Source: Thermoanaerobaculia bacterium (lineage in GTDB: Bacteria > Acidobacteriota > Thermoanaerobaculia > Gp7-AA8). From it: a DNA stretch of 49,879 bases. The stretch lies in NCBI GenBank assembly GCA_038230775.1, contig JBBRMQ010000001.1:1-49879 (forward strand). The letters are read 5' to 3'. Below the pieces are notes generated by a model. The model ran no database searches. It saw only the letters and a program-made list of their open reading frames with translations, and was not told the DNA's origin. Every line of letters starts with the position of its first letter. Within the stretch, counting starts at the first letter, position 1. The position numbers and the translations under genes are program-made. Shown one piece after another: positions 26,054 through 35,547 of the stretch.

Positions 26054-26478
26054 TATTTCTTCAAGGCAGCCGGCTCGGCGCCGGGCACAGGCTTCGCCGA
26101 TCCCATGTCGACGTTCCCGCGGAATCGCGCGCCTTCCGCCACAATGATCTTCGGCGCCTTGATGTTCCCGTCGACCGCGGCGCTGGCAATCAGCTCCACG
26201 CGATCGTCCGCCGAGACGTCGCCGTTCACCTTCCCCTCGATCGTCACATTGCGGGCGTGCACGGTCGCTTCGACGCGCGCCTTGGTCCCGACGCGCAGAT
26301 CGCTCTGCAGATGAATCTGTCCCTTCACCGTTCCTTCGATCAGCACCGCCTCGGTGCCGCTGATGGTGCCCTCGATGACGACGTTGGGTCCGAAGAACGT
26401 GCCGTCAAATGGGGATTGGCCATCGGATTGACGGGGCTGGGGACGCGGAGGTGGAGGATCCTTCGTGAAAAGCGCCAT
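26053..26478 (-). CDS. bactofilin family polymer-forming cytoskeletal protein
   Basis: 141 aa. It has a Pro-rich N-terminus followed by the beta-helix repeat pattern characteristic of DUF583/bactofilin ([15 protein letters not shown]......V...A.VEA.V.A..V.IEGKV.G.V). Confidence 0.88.
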   Translation of the reverse strand: MALFTKDPPPPRPQPRQSDGQSPFDGTFFGPNVVIEGTISGTEAVLIEGTVKGQIHLQSDLRVGTKARVEATVHARNVTIEGKVNGDVSADDRVELIASAAVDGNIKAPKIIVAEGARFRGNVDMGSAKPVPGAEPAALKK

Positions 26479-26589
26479 GGGCGCCGAAGAATAGCAAACA
26501 TTCGGGGAACGGCGAACGGTGCGTTCGGAACTCGATTAAACTCCGCCCCTTCAACGTTTGGCTCACGTTGACGTAAGTGAGAAAGGATT

Positions 26590-27921
26590 TTGCTTATCGT
26601 GCGACGTTCTTTCACTGTTCTCTCGGTCATCGCCACCCTTGCCTGCCATACCGGCACCAAGAAAGGCGACCAGTTTCGCGTCGAAAAAGCGGAGAAGGGC
26701 GACATCACCATGACGGTGACCGCCACCGGTACGCTCTCGGCGGTCACCACCGTCCAGGTCGGCAGCCAGGTCTCCGGCGTGATCGCCCAGCTCTTCGCCG
26801 ATTTCAACAGCCGCGTGAAGAAAAGCCAGATGCTGGCTGCGATCGACCCCACGCCATTTCGGCAGCAGGTCGAACAGCGTCAGGCTGACGTCACCAAGGC
26901 CAAGGTCGAAGCGGCGAACGCGAAGATCAATTACGACCGGCAGCTTCGACTGGCCAGGTCGGGCCTCGCTCCTCAATCGGACGTCGACGCCACGCGGTCG
27001 CAGTACGAGTCCGCGAACGCCCAGGTCCAGCAGGCCAACGCGGCGATGCAGCAATCGCTCACCAACCTTCGCTACACGAAGATCCTGTCGCCGATCGACG
27101 GCATCGTGGTCGACCGGCAGTACGACGTCGGCCAGACCGTCGCCGCATCCTTCTCGGCTCCAACGCTTTTCTCCATCGCGCAGGACCTGACGAAGATGCA
27201 GGTGCAGGCGGACGTCGATCAGTCGGACATCGGCCGCATCCAGGTCGGCCAGACCGCACGCTTCACCGTCGACGCCTATCCCGATCAGGAGTTCCGCGGA
27301 CGCATCGCGCAGATCCGGCTCAACGCCACTGTCACCCAGAACGTCGTCACGTACCCGGTGGTCATCGAGGTGCCGAATCCAGAGGAGAAGCTGCGGCCGA
27401 AGATGACGGCGAATGTGACGATCGATGTGGCGACCGTGAAGGACGTTCTCCGCATCGCGAACTCCGCGCTGCGATTCAAGCCCGATAGCGCGGATATCGA
27501 AGGCGGCGCAGCTCCCGCCACCGGGACCGGTGGGTCGCCGGTCGCCGGTCGCCGGTCGCCGGCCCAGACGGGCAGCGCATCCGCAGATCAGCAAACCAGC
27601 ACCGAGCGCTCCATGGCCGGGTTTGGACGCGGACGCGGTGCCGCCGGCGCGGCGGGCATGTTAGGCGGCCGCGCCGGACAGCGCGAGGCGAAGCTGCAGA
27701 CCATCTATCTCCTCGGCGACGACAAGAAGCTCAAGCCGGCGCAGATCCGTAGCGGAATCAGCGACGGCCGTTACACCCAGGTCGTCTCCGGCGATCTCAA
27801 GGTGGGCGATCCTGTCGTACTGGGCGTGGTCACATCGAAGGTCGAAGGAGCTCCCCCTCCCGGCTCGAACGGCGGTCCGATGGGCGGTGCGCGGCCCGGT
27901 GGCGGAAGGCGCGGGATGTAA
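26590..27921 (+). CDS. efflux transporter periplasmic adaptor subunit (MacA/HlyD-like)
   Basis: It has a lipobox (IATLAC) and a barrel-sandwich/coiled-coil pattern (VQVGSQVSGVI, SPIDGIVV, ARFTVDAYP, VVTYPVVIEV). Its stop overlaps the next start. Confidence 0.88.
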   Translation: MLIVRRSFTVLSVIATLACHTGTKKGDQFRVEKAEKGDITMTVTATGTLSAVTTVQVGSQVSGVIAQLFADFNSRVKKSQMLAAIDPTPFRQQVEQRQADVTKAKVEAANAKINYDRQLRLARSGLAPQSDVDATRSQYESANAQVQQANAAMQQSLTNLRYTKILSPIDGIVVDRQYDVGQTVAASFSAPTLFSIAQDLTKMQVQADVDQSDIGRIQVGQTARFTVDAYPDQEFRGRIAQIRLNATVTQNVVTYPVVIEVPNPEEKLRPKMTANVTIDVATVKDVLRIANSALRFKPDSADIEGGAAPATGTGGSPVAGRRSPAQTGSASADQQTSTERSMAGFGRGRGAAGAAGMLGGRAGQREAKLQTIYLLGDDKKLKPAQIRSGISDGRYTQVVSGDLKVGDPVVLGVVTSKVEGAPPPGSNGGPMGGARPGGGRRGM

Positions 27922-28679
27922 TGCCCGAACCGGTCATCGACATTCGCGATCTGACGAAGGTGTATCAGATGGGCGAAGTCGAAGTCCGCGCGCTCGCCGG
28001 AGTGAACCTGATCGTGGAGCGCGGCGAATTCGTCGCCGTCATGGGCCCATCCGGCTCCGGCAAGTCGACGCTCATGAACATCCTCGGCTGTCTCGACCGG
28101 CCGAGCGCGGGAACGTACAAGCTCGACGGCATCGACGTCTCGACACTCGATCGCGATGAGCGGGCTGTGATCCGCAATGCAAAGATCGGCTTCGTCTTCC
28201 AGAGCTTCAACCTCTTGTCGCGGACATCCGCGATGGAGAACGTCGAGCTGCCGCTGTTGTATGGCGAGCTGGGTTGGACGCGCGAGCAGCGGCGCACCGC
28301 GGCGAAGAGATCGCTCGCGCGCGTGGGCCTGGCAGGCCGCGAAGGGCATTACCCGTCGCAGCTCTCCGGCGGCCAGCAGCAGCGCGTGGCGATCGCTCGA
28401 GCGCTGGTGACCGATCCCGCAATCCTGCTCGCCGACGAGCCCACTGGAAACCTCGACTCAAAGACCTCGGAAGAGATCATGGCGATTTTCCAGGAGTTGA
28501 ACGACACGGGAAAAAACGTCGTTCTCATTACCCACGAGGCGGACATCGCTCAATTTGCCAAGCGCGTCGTGCACATGCGCGACGGTGTGATCCAGCAGGA
28601 TAAATTCATCGAGCAGAATCGGGTGAGGTCGAAGGGCACTCCGCCGCCGGTGCTCACCGTGAAGGAGGCCCGATCATGA
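27921..28679 (+). CDS. ABC transporter ATP-binding protein (MacB/LolD type)
   Basis: It has Walker [10 protein letters not shown], a Q-loop, the signature [15 protein letters not shown], Walker [12 protein letters not shown], and the H-loop ITHE. Confidence 0.93.
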   Translation: MPEPVIDIRDLTKVYQMGEVEVRALAGVNLIVERGEFVAVMGPSGSGKSTLMNILGCLDRPSAGTYKLDGIDVSTLDRDERAVIRNAKIGFVFQSFNLLSRTSAMENVELPLLYGELGWTREQRRTAAKRSLARVGLAGREGHYPSQLSGGQQQRVAIARALVTDPAILLADEPTGNLDSKTSEEIMAIFQELNDTGKNVVLITHEADIAQFAKRVVHMRDGVIQQDKFIEQNRVRSKGTPPPVLTVKEARS

Positions 28680-29905
28680 AGAACTCGCTCAACCGGCTGG
28701 GCAACATCGCGATCGTGGGCCTGAAGGCGATCTCGCGCAACAAGCTCCGCTCGTTCCTGACGATGCTCGGCATGGTCATCGGCGTTGGCTGCGTGATCGT
28801 CGTCGTCGCCATCGGCAACGGCGCTTCGCAATCGATCCAGTCCACGATCAACTCGCTCGGATCGAACTTCATCATGGTCTTCCCTGGCGCGGCGACCAGC
28901 GGCGGCGCTCGTCTTTTCACAGGAAGCTCGACGCTCACACCCGAGGATGCGGCGGCACTCAAGACGGAGGCGCCGGACGTTGCGTACGTCTCCCCCAGCG
29001 TACGCAGCAACGGCCAGGTCGTTGCCGGCGAGCTCAATTGGGGAACGTCGATCCTGGGCGTGGACGTCGACTATCCGAACATTCGCGCATGGAACGTAGC
29101 GAAGGGCGACTACTTCACGGACGCCGATGTGAAATCCGCCGCGAAGGTCGCCGTGCTGGGCAACACCGTTGTCGACAACCTCTTCCCGAACGGCGATGCC
29201 GTCGGTCAGATCATCCGCATCAAGAACGTGCCCTTCCGAGTGGTCGGCGTCCTGGAGAAGAAGGGCGGCAACATGATGGGCCAGGATCAGGACGACACCA
29301 TCGTGGCGCCGTACACCACGGTGATGAAGCGGCTCAGCGGCAAGACGAAGCTCGACATGCTCTATGTTTCGTCGTCGTCGGCGAGCAACGTCGCCGCAGC
29401 GCAGACCGAGATCGATTCGGTGCTGCGGCAGCGCCATCGCATTCCGCCGAATGGTGACGCCGACTTCCAGATGCGATCGCAGGAAGAGATCGCGGCCGCC
29501 AGCGCATCGCAGATGAACACGCTCAAGACGCTTCTGCTGGCCATCGCCGCTGTGTCGCTGATCGTCGGCGGCATCGGCATCATGAACATCATGCTGGTCT
29601 CGGTCACCGAGCGCACGCGAGAGATCGGCATCCGCATGGCCATCGGCGCCAAAGGCCGGCACGTGCTGACGCAGTTCCTGTTCGAGGCCGTCACCATCTC
29701 CATCGTCGGCGGCCTGATCGGAGTCCTCCTCGGCGTCGGAGTCTCCCGGCTCGTGGCGGCGAAGGCGGGGTGGCCGATCGTCATCAGCCCGCAGTCAGTC
29801 ATGCTGGCATTCGGCGTGGCCGGTTTCGTCGGCGTGTTCTTCGGGTTCTATCCCGCGCGGAAGGCCTCGCGGCTCGATCCGATCGAAGCGCTTCGCTACG
29901 AGTAG
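28676..29905 (+). CDS. ABC transporter permease (MacB/FtsX-like)
   Basis: 409 aa with a MacB_PCD periplasmic domain between TM1 and TM2. The C-terminal FtsX block is present (GGIGIMNIMLVSVTERTREIGIRMAIGA ... YPARKASRLDPIEALRYE). Confidence 0.93.
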   Translation: MKNSLNRLGNIAIVGLKAISRNKLRSFLTMLGMVIGVGCVIVVVAIGNGASQSIQSTINSLGSNFIMVFPGAATSGGARLFTGSSTLTPEDAAALKTEAPDVAYVSPSVRSNGQVVAGELNWGTSILGVDVDYPNIRAWNVAKGDYFTDADVKSAAKVAVLGNTVVDNLFPNGDAVGQIIRIKNVPFRVVGVLEKKGGNMMGQDQDDTIVAPYTTVMKRLSGKTKLDMLYVSSSSASNVAAAQTEIDSVLRQRHRIPPNGDADFQMRSQEEIAAASASQMNTLKTLLLAIAAVSLIVGGIGIMNIMLVSVTERTREIGIRMAIGAKGRHVLTQFLFEAVTISIVGGLIGVLLGVGVSRLVAAKAGWPIVISPQSVMLAFGVAGFVGVFFGFYPARKASRLDPIEALRYE

Positions 29906-29919
29906 AGCGCGGGACGAGC

Positions 29920-30005
29920 GGCCAGCCGGAGGGCTGGCCCCACACCTGCGCGTCTGACGAACGGGCGCAGCCCGAAGTGTGGCGCCAGTCCTCTGACTGG
30001 CGGCC
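29920..30005. repeat. REP-like element, type U (inverted pair with 31-nt spacer; second unit degenerate)
   Basis: GGCCAGCCGGAGGGCTGGCCCCACAC lies at 29920-29945. GTGTGGCGCCAGTCCTCTGACTGGCGGCC lies at 29977-30005. Confidence 0.8.
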
Positions 30006-30045
30006 ATCGCCGCCGATCAGGGCACAACATTACAATCGCTTCATC

Positions 30046-30480
30046 TTGAGCAAACAGAGTCTCGCTGCCATCGCGGCGTGCCTGCTCCTTCTGGCGTCGC
30101 TGGTCCAGATTCTCGCCGCTCGCGGCGGGCCGTACTTCGATCGCCCCGCCACTGTCGTGGAACACGTGTTTCCCGAGCGGCACGAGGCGCGCGACGCGCT
30201 CCTGGCCCTTCCGCTGGCTCGCCGGCTGCTGCCGCGCGGCGCGACGGTGGTGTGCTTCTATCCCATCAAGGGCAAATGGCGGCTCGACGTCCCGAACCTC
30301 CACACCGCGGTCGCGGAGCTTCCCGATCAATTCATCGTCCCGGCGTATGCGGCGTCGGAGGACATCCCGAAGTCGAACCTCGCTACGTATGTTCTGGCGA
30401 TCGATGGCGAGTTTACGCATCCCGGTTACCGTGTCATCGCCGAGTTCCCTACCGGCCGTCTGTATCAGGTGATCCCCTGA
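30046..30480 (+). CDS. hypothetical membrane-anchored protein
   Basis: TTG 30046 gives (M)SKQSLAAIAACLLLLASLVQILAA, a single anchor helix, followed by a soluble domain of about 115 aa. Earlier in-frame starts lie inside the REP element or the macB permease. The start is uncertain. Confidence 0.4.
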   Translation: MSKQSLAAIAACLLLLASLVQILAARGGPYFDRPATVVEHVFPERHEARDALLALPLARRLLPRGATVVCFYPIKGKWRLDVPNLHTAVAELPDQFIVPAYAASEDIPKSNLATYVLAIDGEFTHPGYRVIAEFPTGRLYQVIP

Positions 30481-30542
30481 AGAACGTCTTCTGGGTCATT
30501 GCGATCGTCCTGCTCGCCGCGCCCGGAACCATCGTGTGGAAG

Positions 30543-31766
30543 ATGCCACGCATCGCGCGAATGAGTCGCAGCGCACGATGGGCGTTCGCGTTCATCGCAG
30601 GGCTGCTCATCGGCACACTTCTGCTCTACGGGTACGCGCTGGTGGGCATCCACTGGACGCGCTCGAACATTTCCTTGCCTCTCCTTGCGCTCACCATCTG
30701 GAGTGCGTTGACCAGGAAGCAGTCCGATCCCGAGGCCAGTGCGCGCTGGACACCGGCGAGCGCCGGCATCATTGGTGGTTTTCTCGCCGTGACGCTCTAC
30801 GCGATCGCCGATGCGCGCGCGACGTGCGGCGATCTCATGTACATCTGGGCGCCCAAGGCACAGAAGTTCTACGCCGCCCGAACGATCGACACGAAGTTCT
30901 TGAGCTACGTCTTTTATGTCGTGATGCACGCCGACTATCCGCCCCTCGTTCCTCTGATCTACGACGTCGGATCGATTTTCACGCATCACTTTTCCATGTG
31001 GAGTCCGCTCTTTCTGAGCCCCATCATTCTGCTGAGCATCGTCGGCGTTCTCCGCGGATTCGGTGGATCGCCTGCCGCGGCGGCGCTGCTGATGGCCGTG
31101 TTGTCGTGCGGGTTCGTCATGGCGTATCTCCCGGGCGGTGCCGACCCGTTCCTGCTCCTCTTCGAAGCGGTTGCGCTGATCGCGTTGACGTTCGAGCCGG
31201 AGTCGGCTGAATCGCGCTGGATCGCCGCTGCGGCGCTCGCCGGCGCGGCGTTCTCCAAGGTGGAGGGCGCGACTTTCGCGATCATCATCGCCGTCGCGTT
31301 CGTCCTGACCCAGCGCCGCATCGTTCGCGCGATCACGCTCATCGTTCCCGCTGCCGCACTTCTCGCGACCTGGTTGTTGTTCGTGTGGCACAACAAGCTC
31401 TTCGATCAATACGCCCGCGCACACCAGACGATCCGTTGGAGTCTGTTGTCGAGTGTGGCGAACGCCGTGATGGATCGCGCGGCGTATCGGGTGTTCTGGC
31501 TGCCGTGGATCGCGGCGGCGGCACCGCTGTTCGTCACGCGCTTCCAGCGCCGGGCGGCACTCCCGCTCCTCGTTGCCGCCGGCTCGATCGCGGCGGCGAT
31601 CTTTTTCTATCTTCACGATCCCGGCGACCCTGCGTTCTGGATCGCCACCTCCGCCAATCGCGTTCTCGTCACCCCGCTGATGTGCATCGCCATTGCGTCC
31701 GCTGCAACGTGGGACGACCGCCAGCCGGACGCCGGCGGTTCGCGGTTATCATCGCGCGCGCCATGA
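30543..31766 (+). CDS. polytopic membrane protein, GT-C-like (putative glycosyltransferase or polymerase)
   Basis: It has about 10-11 TM helices. The first 155 codons of the track ORF are Arg-rich and overlap the previous gene. Candidate starts are ATG 30543, GTG 30534, ATG 30561 or CTG 30477. Its stop overlaps the next ATG (ATGA). Confidence 0.55.
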   Translation: MPRIARMSRSARWAFAFIAGLLIGTLLLYGYALVGIHWTRSNISLPLLALTIWSALTRKQSDPEASARWTPASAGIIGGFLAVTLYAIADARATCGDLMYIWAPKAQKFYAARTIDTKFLSYVFYVVMHADYPPLVPLIYDVGSIFTHHFSMWSPLFLSPIILLSIVGVLRGFGGSPAAAALLMAVLSCGFVMAYLPGGADPFLLLFEAVALIALTFEPESAESRWIAAAALAGAAFSKVEGATFAIIIAVAFVLTQRRIVRAITLIVPAAALLATWLLFVWHNKLFDQYARAHQTIRWSLLSSVANAVMDRAAYRVFWLPWIAAAAPLFVTRFQRRAALPLLVAAGSIAAAIFFYLHDPGDPAFWIATSANRVLVTPLMCIAIASAATWDDRQPDAGGSRLSSRAP

Positions 31767-34135
31767 ACGGCACGTGGATTCTGGTGGGCGTCGTGTACGC
31801 GATCGCCGTACACATCGCGCGGAGAGTGGGCGCCCGCTTTCCGTGGCGCATCGCCGCGCTCTTCTACCTGCTGGTGCTCATCTTTCTCTTCCGCCCCATG
31901 ACCGGTCCGTACGTCAACGTCCCCGCGGACTTCCTGACGAACTTTCCTCCATGGTCTTCCATCGTGCATCACACGCCGATCTCGAACTTCGAGTTGAACG
32001 ACGTGGTCATGCAGATGGTGCCCTGGGCCCATCAGGTGCGCGACGCTTACCTCACCGGCCACTTCCCGTTGTGGAACGCATTGTCCGGCTCGGGGTATCC
32101 GCTTCTCGCCAACGCGCAGAGCTCAGCACTGTCGCCGCTGCGAATTCTCACGCTGCCGCTCCCGCTCGGATACGCGTTCACGGCCGAAGCCGCGATGAAG
32201 ATGCTGATCGCGATGTCGTTCATGTTCGGCTTCTGCCGCCGCAGGTGGAGCGAGTTGCCGAGCGCGATCGGCGCGGTCTGCTTTGGATTCTCCTCCTTCA
32301 TGATCGTGTGGCTGCACTTTCCGCATGTGACGACGGCGGCGTGGATCCCGGCGGCGATCCTCAGCATCGATCTGCTGATCGAGCAGCCCAGCGGACGCCG
32401 GATCGCCGGAACCGCAGCAGCATGGGCGCTGCTTCTGATCAGCGGGCATCCGGAGACGGCGGCGCACACCGCGTTCGTCGCCGCCCTGTTCCTCATCTGG
32501 ATCCTCTTTGTCGAACGGCCCGTGACGGGACGCGACGCGCTTCGCAGCATCGGCGCCCTAGCCGTCGCGGCTGTGCTGGCGACGATTCTCGCCTCACCGT
32601 TTCTGGTGCCGTTCGCCGAGGTACTTCACAAGTCCAAACGATTTCAGGAGCTTCAGGCACGTCCGATCCCTGTCGCCTACTGGCGTGACTGGCCGGCGAT
32701 CATCCTCCTCTTTGAGCCCCACTTCCTCGGGCACCTTCCGGAAGACAAGGCGGTGGCATGGCCGCAGGCGAGCGCCGAGTCGATCACCTCGTTCGCTGGC
32801 GTCATCGGTGTCGGCGCATGGCTGGGCCTTCTGCTCCGCGCGATCAGAAAAAAGAGCTGGCGTCAGCGCGAGATGTTTTTCATCCTCGTCGTTCCCATCC
32901 TCCTCGGAATCATCCTGGCCTGGCCGGGAGTGAGCACGCTCTTTCACCTGGTGTTCAAGTTTGCGGCGAACGACCGGCTGCGCCTGATGCTCTGCTTCAC
33001 GTCGGCGGCTTTGACGGCCGCCATCGTCGACACCGTTCTCGTCGAGGGACCGCTCTACCTTTTCATCGGCAATGCCGCTACAGCGACGGCTTTGCTGCTG
33101 CTCAGCAAGCTCGTGCCCCTCTCGCCCGTCATGCGCGATCTGTCGTTGTTAGGCGTGCTGCCGAGCCTCGCCGTCATTCTCGTCTCCCTGTTGCTGAGTC
33201 TCGATCGCTATCGACTGCAGGCCACGTGCATTCTCTTCGTAGCGATCATCGCCGAGCTGTGGTCCGCCACCCGCACATGGAATCCGGTCCTTCCCGTGGA
33301 CAGCATGTTTCCCTCCACGCCGCTGATTCGCTTCGTGCAGAAGGGCGCGCCTTCGATGAAATATCGAGTGGTCGGCATCTCAGGAATGCTCTTCCCGAAT
33401 ACGCAGGCGATGTACGGTCTGGCCGACATCCGCGCGCACGATCCGATGGCCGGCGGCCGTTACATGGGCATCCTTCGCGGCCTCGCGGACTACGCCGCCG
33501 AGGAGTATTTCGAAACGTGGAGCAACACCGAGACCACGCTGCTCAATTACCTCAACGTGAAATACATCCTCGTCGAGCCGGGCACGGAGATCGAAAAGAC
33601 GCGTCACCGCCTGGTGTACGAGTGGAAGGACGGCCGGGTCTACGAGAACCCCGACGTCCTCCCGCGCTTCTTTCCGGTCCGCAACGTCATCCTCGAGTTC
33701 CGGCATGAACGATTCGTGCGAGAGCTCCTCAAGCACACGTCGTGGAGCGATACCGCGATCCTCGACCGGCTGCCCGTGGACAACGATCAGATGCGGCAGG
33801 ATTTCCTGCGCGCATGGCCGCTCAACTCACCCGAGGCCTCGATGACGATCGTGAGCGCGAGCGATACCGACTACACGATGCACGTGCGTGCGCCGCGCTA
33901 CACCATGATCGTCAGCAGCATCCCGTTCTGGCCCGGATGGCACGTCGAGCAGAACGGAAAAACGATTCTGACCCGCCCGGTCAACGGCGCATTTCTCGGT
34001 TACACCGTCCCGCCCGGGGAGTGGAACGTACGGGTGTATTACCGGCCGACCAGCTTCTATCTGGCGCTGGCTGCAGCGGCGATTGCGGCCGTTGTCGGAG
34101 GACTCATCGCTACCGAGCGTTTGCGTTTGATGTAA
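31763..34135 (+). CDS. YfhO-family-like large polytopic membrane protein
   Basis: 790 aa from ATG 31763. The N-terminal two-thirds is multi-TM, with the YfhO-like early motif (MQMVPWAHQVRDAYLTGHFPLWNALSGSGYPLLANAQSSALSP). It also has a C-terminal soluble beta-rich domain and a final TM helix. Confidence 0.65.
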   Translation: MNGTWILVGVVYAIAVHIARRVGARFPWRIAALFYLLVLIFLFRPMTGPYVNVPADFLTNFPPWSSIVHHTPISNFELNDVVMQMVPWAHQVRDAYLTGHFPLWNALSGSGYPLLANAQSSALSPLRILTLPLPLGYAFTAEAAMKMLIAMSFMFGFCRRRWSELPSAIGAVCFGFSSFMIVWLHFPHVTTAAWIPAAILSIDLLIEQPSGRRIAGTAAAWALLLISGHPETAAHTAFVAALFLIWILFVERPVTGRDALRSIGALAVAAVLATILASPFLVPFAEVLHKSKRFQELQARPIPVAYWRDWPAIILLFEPHFLGHLPEDKAVAWPQASAESITSFAGVIGVGAWLGLLLRAIRKKSWRQREMFFILVVPILLGIILAWPGVSTLFHLVFKFAANDRLRLMLCFTSAALTAAIVDTVLVEGPLYLFIGNAATATALLLLSKLVPLSPVMRDLSLLGVLPSLAVILVSLLLSLDRYRLQATCILFVAIIAELWSATRTWNPVLPVDSMFPSTPLIRFVQKGAPSMKYRVVGISGMLFPNTQAMYGLADIRAHDPMAGGRYMGILRGLADYAAEEYFETWSNTETTLLNYLNVKYILVEPGTEIEKTRHRLVYEWKDGRVYENPDVLPRFFPVRNVILEFRHERFVRELLKHTSWSDTAILDRLPVDNDQMRQDFLRAWPLNSPEASMTIVSASDTDYTMHVRAPRYTMIVSSIPFWPGWHVEQNGKTILTRPVNGAFLGYTVPPGEWNVRVYYRPTSFYLALAAAAIAAVVGGLIATERLRLM

Positions 34136-34192
34136 ACGAGTCCGAAACGCAAACGTCCTGGACATCACTACGGAAAAAACCGTAAGTGATGC

Positions 34193-35539
34193 ATGCGACG
34201 CGCGGCGACGATCCTTCTTGCCCTCGCTCTCTCGAGAAACGCGGCCTTCGGCTCCGACTGGCCGAAATACTGCGCCAACCTGGCCATGACTGGCGTCGCG
34301 GAGTCCGGCGGGTCAATCTCCCCCGCAACGGCCCGAAATCTCACCCTCCGATGGTCGACGGTGCTCAGCGGTCCCATCGCCTCGTCCCCCACCGTCGTCA
34401 ACGGCCGGCTGTATGTCGGCGACTGGTCGGGGTACGAGTGGGCGATTGACGCCACGACCGGTCGCCAGATCGCAAACATCAGCCTCGGCACCACGACGCA
34501 AACGCAGTGCAATCCCGAATCGCTCGGCATCACATCATCGGCCGCCATCGATCAAGGCACGCTCTTCGTCGCCGGCGGCGATGACTACTTCTATGCGCTC
34601 GATCCCGAGACGCTCGGCGTCAAGTGGAAGTACGCGTTAGGCGATTCGAAGAACGGCTACTACGGATGGTGTTCCCCTGCCGCCGTCGGTTCGTATGTCG
34701 TGCAGGGCGTGTCGAGCAACTGCGACGAACCGTTCGTTCCGGGTCGCGTCGTGGCGTTCAATCGCGACGCCGGCGGGCTCGTCGCCGACGAAGCGCTCGT
34801 GCCGAAGGGCAACACCGTCGGAGGCGGAGTCTGGACCTCGCCGGCAATCGACATCATCAGCAGGAAGGTGTTCGTCACGACCGGTTCGGCATACAGCCTC
34901 TACGTTGGTCAGGCCTTCTCGATCGTCCGCATGTCGCTCGACGAATTGCAGACCGAAGATTCATGGCGACTGGAGGCGGCGGACTGGTTCGACTCCGATT
35001 GGGGTACGTCGCCAACGCTGTTCGCGGACGCTAATCAACGCCAGCTCGTCGGCGCGGGACAGAAAGACGGCGCGTACTACGCGTTTCTTCGCGACGAGCT
35101 CGCGCACGGCCCGGTGTGGACGACGCAGATCGCACGCGCCGGGAGCTGTCCCCAGTGCGGCAACGGCGTGCTGTCGACCGCGGCCTTCGACGGCCATCGC
35201 CTGTATGTCGGCGGCGGACAACCCGTCGGCGACGACCGCCACTGGGGTGCAGTTACCGCACTCGATCCGTGGGACGGACACATCCTCTGGCAGACTCCAT
35301 TCGCAAAGCCGGTCATCGCGCCGATCGCTTTTGCGAACGGCGTGGTGTTCACGACGACCGGCGCTTCCATCGTTGCCCTCGATGCGGAGACGGGAGAAGT
35401 GCTCACAACCTTCCATACCCGCTCCGAATGTGTCGGCGGCGTCGCCATCACCGACCTCGGCATCTTCGCCGGCGACCTTTCAGGAACTCTCTACCGCCTG
35501 GCTCCGGCAACGCGTCGTCGCGCGGTGGCCACTCGTTAG
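34193..35539 (+). CDS. PQQ-like beta-propeller repeat protein (secreted)
   Basis: It has a signal peptide and repeated (A/S)SP.V.dG.(L/V)(Y/F)VG...G..YAlD..TG..(L/K)W blades, for example SSPTVVNGRLYVGDWSGYEWAIDATTGRQI and GGDDYFYALDPETLGVKWKY. Confidence 0.8.
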   Translation: MRRAATILLALALSRNAAFGSDWPKYCANLAMTGVAESGGSISPATARNLTLRWSTVLSGPIASSPTVVNGRLYVGDWSGYEWAIDATTGRQIANISLGTTTQTQCNPESLGITSSAAIDQGTLFVAGGDDYFYALDPETLGVKWKYALGDSKNGYYGWCSPAAVGSYVVQGVSSNCDEPFVPGRVVAFNRDAGGLVADEALVPKGNTVGGGVWTSPAIDIISRKVFVTTGSAYSLYVGQAFSIVRMSLDELQTEDSWRLEAADWFDSDWGTSPTLFADANQRQLVGAGQKDGAYYAFLRDELAHGPVWTTQIARAGSCPQCGNGVLSTAAFDGHRLYVGGGQPVGDDRHWGAVTALDPWDGHILWQTPFAKPVIAPIAFANGVVFTTTGASIVALDAETGEVLTTFHTRSECVGGVAITDLGIFAGDLSGTLYRLAPATRRRAVATR

Positions 35540-35547
35540 GAACGCCC

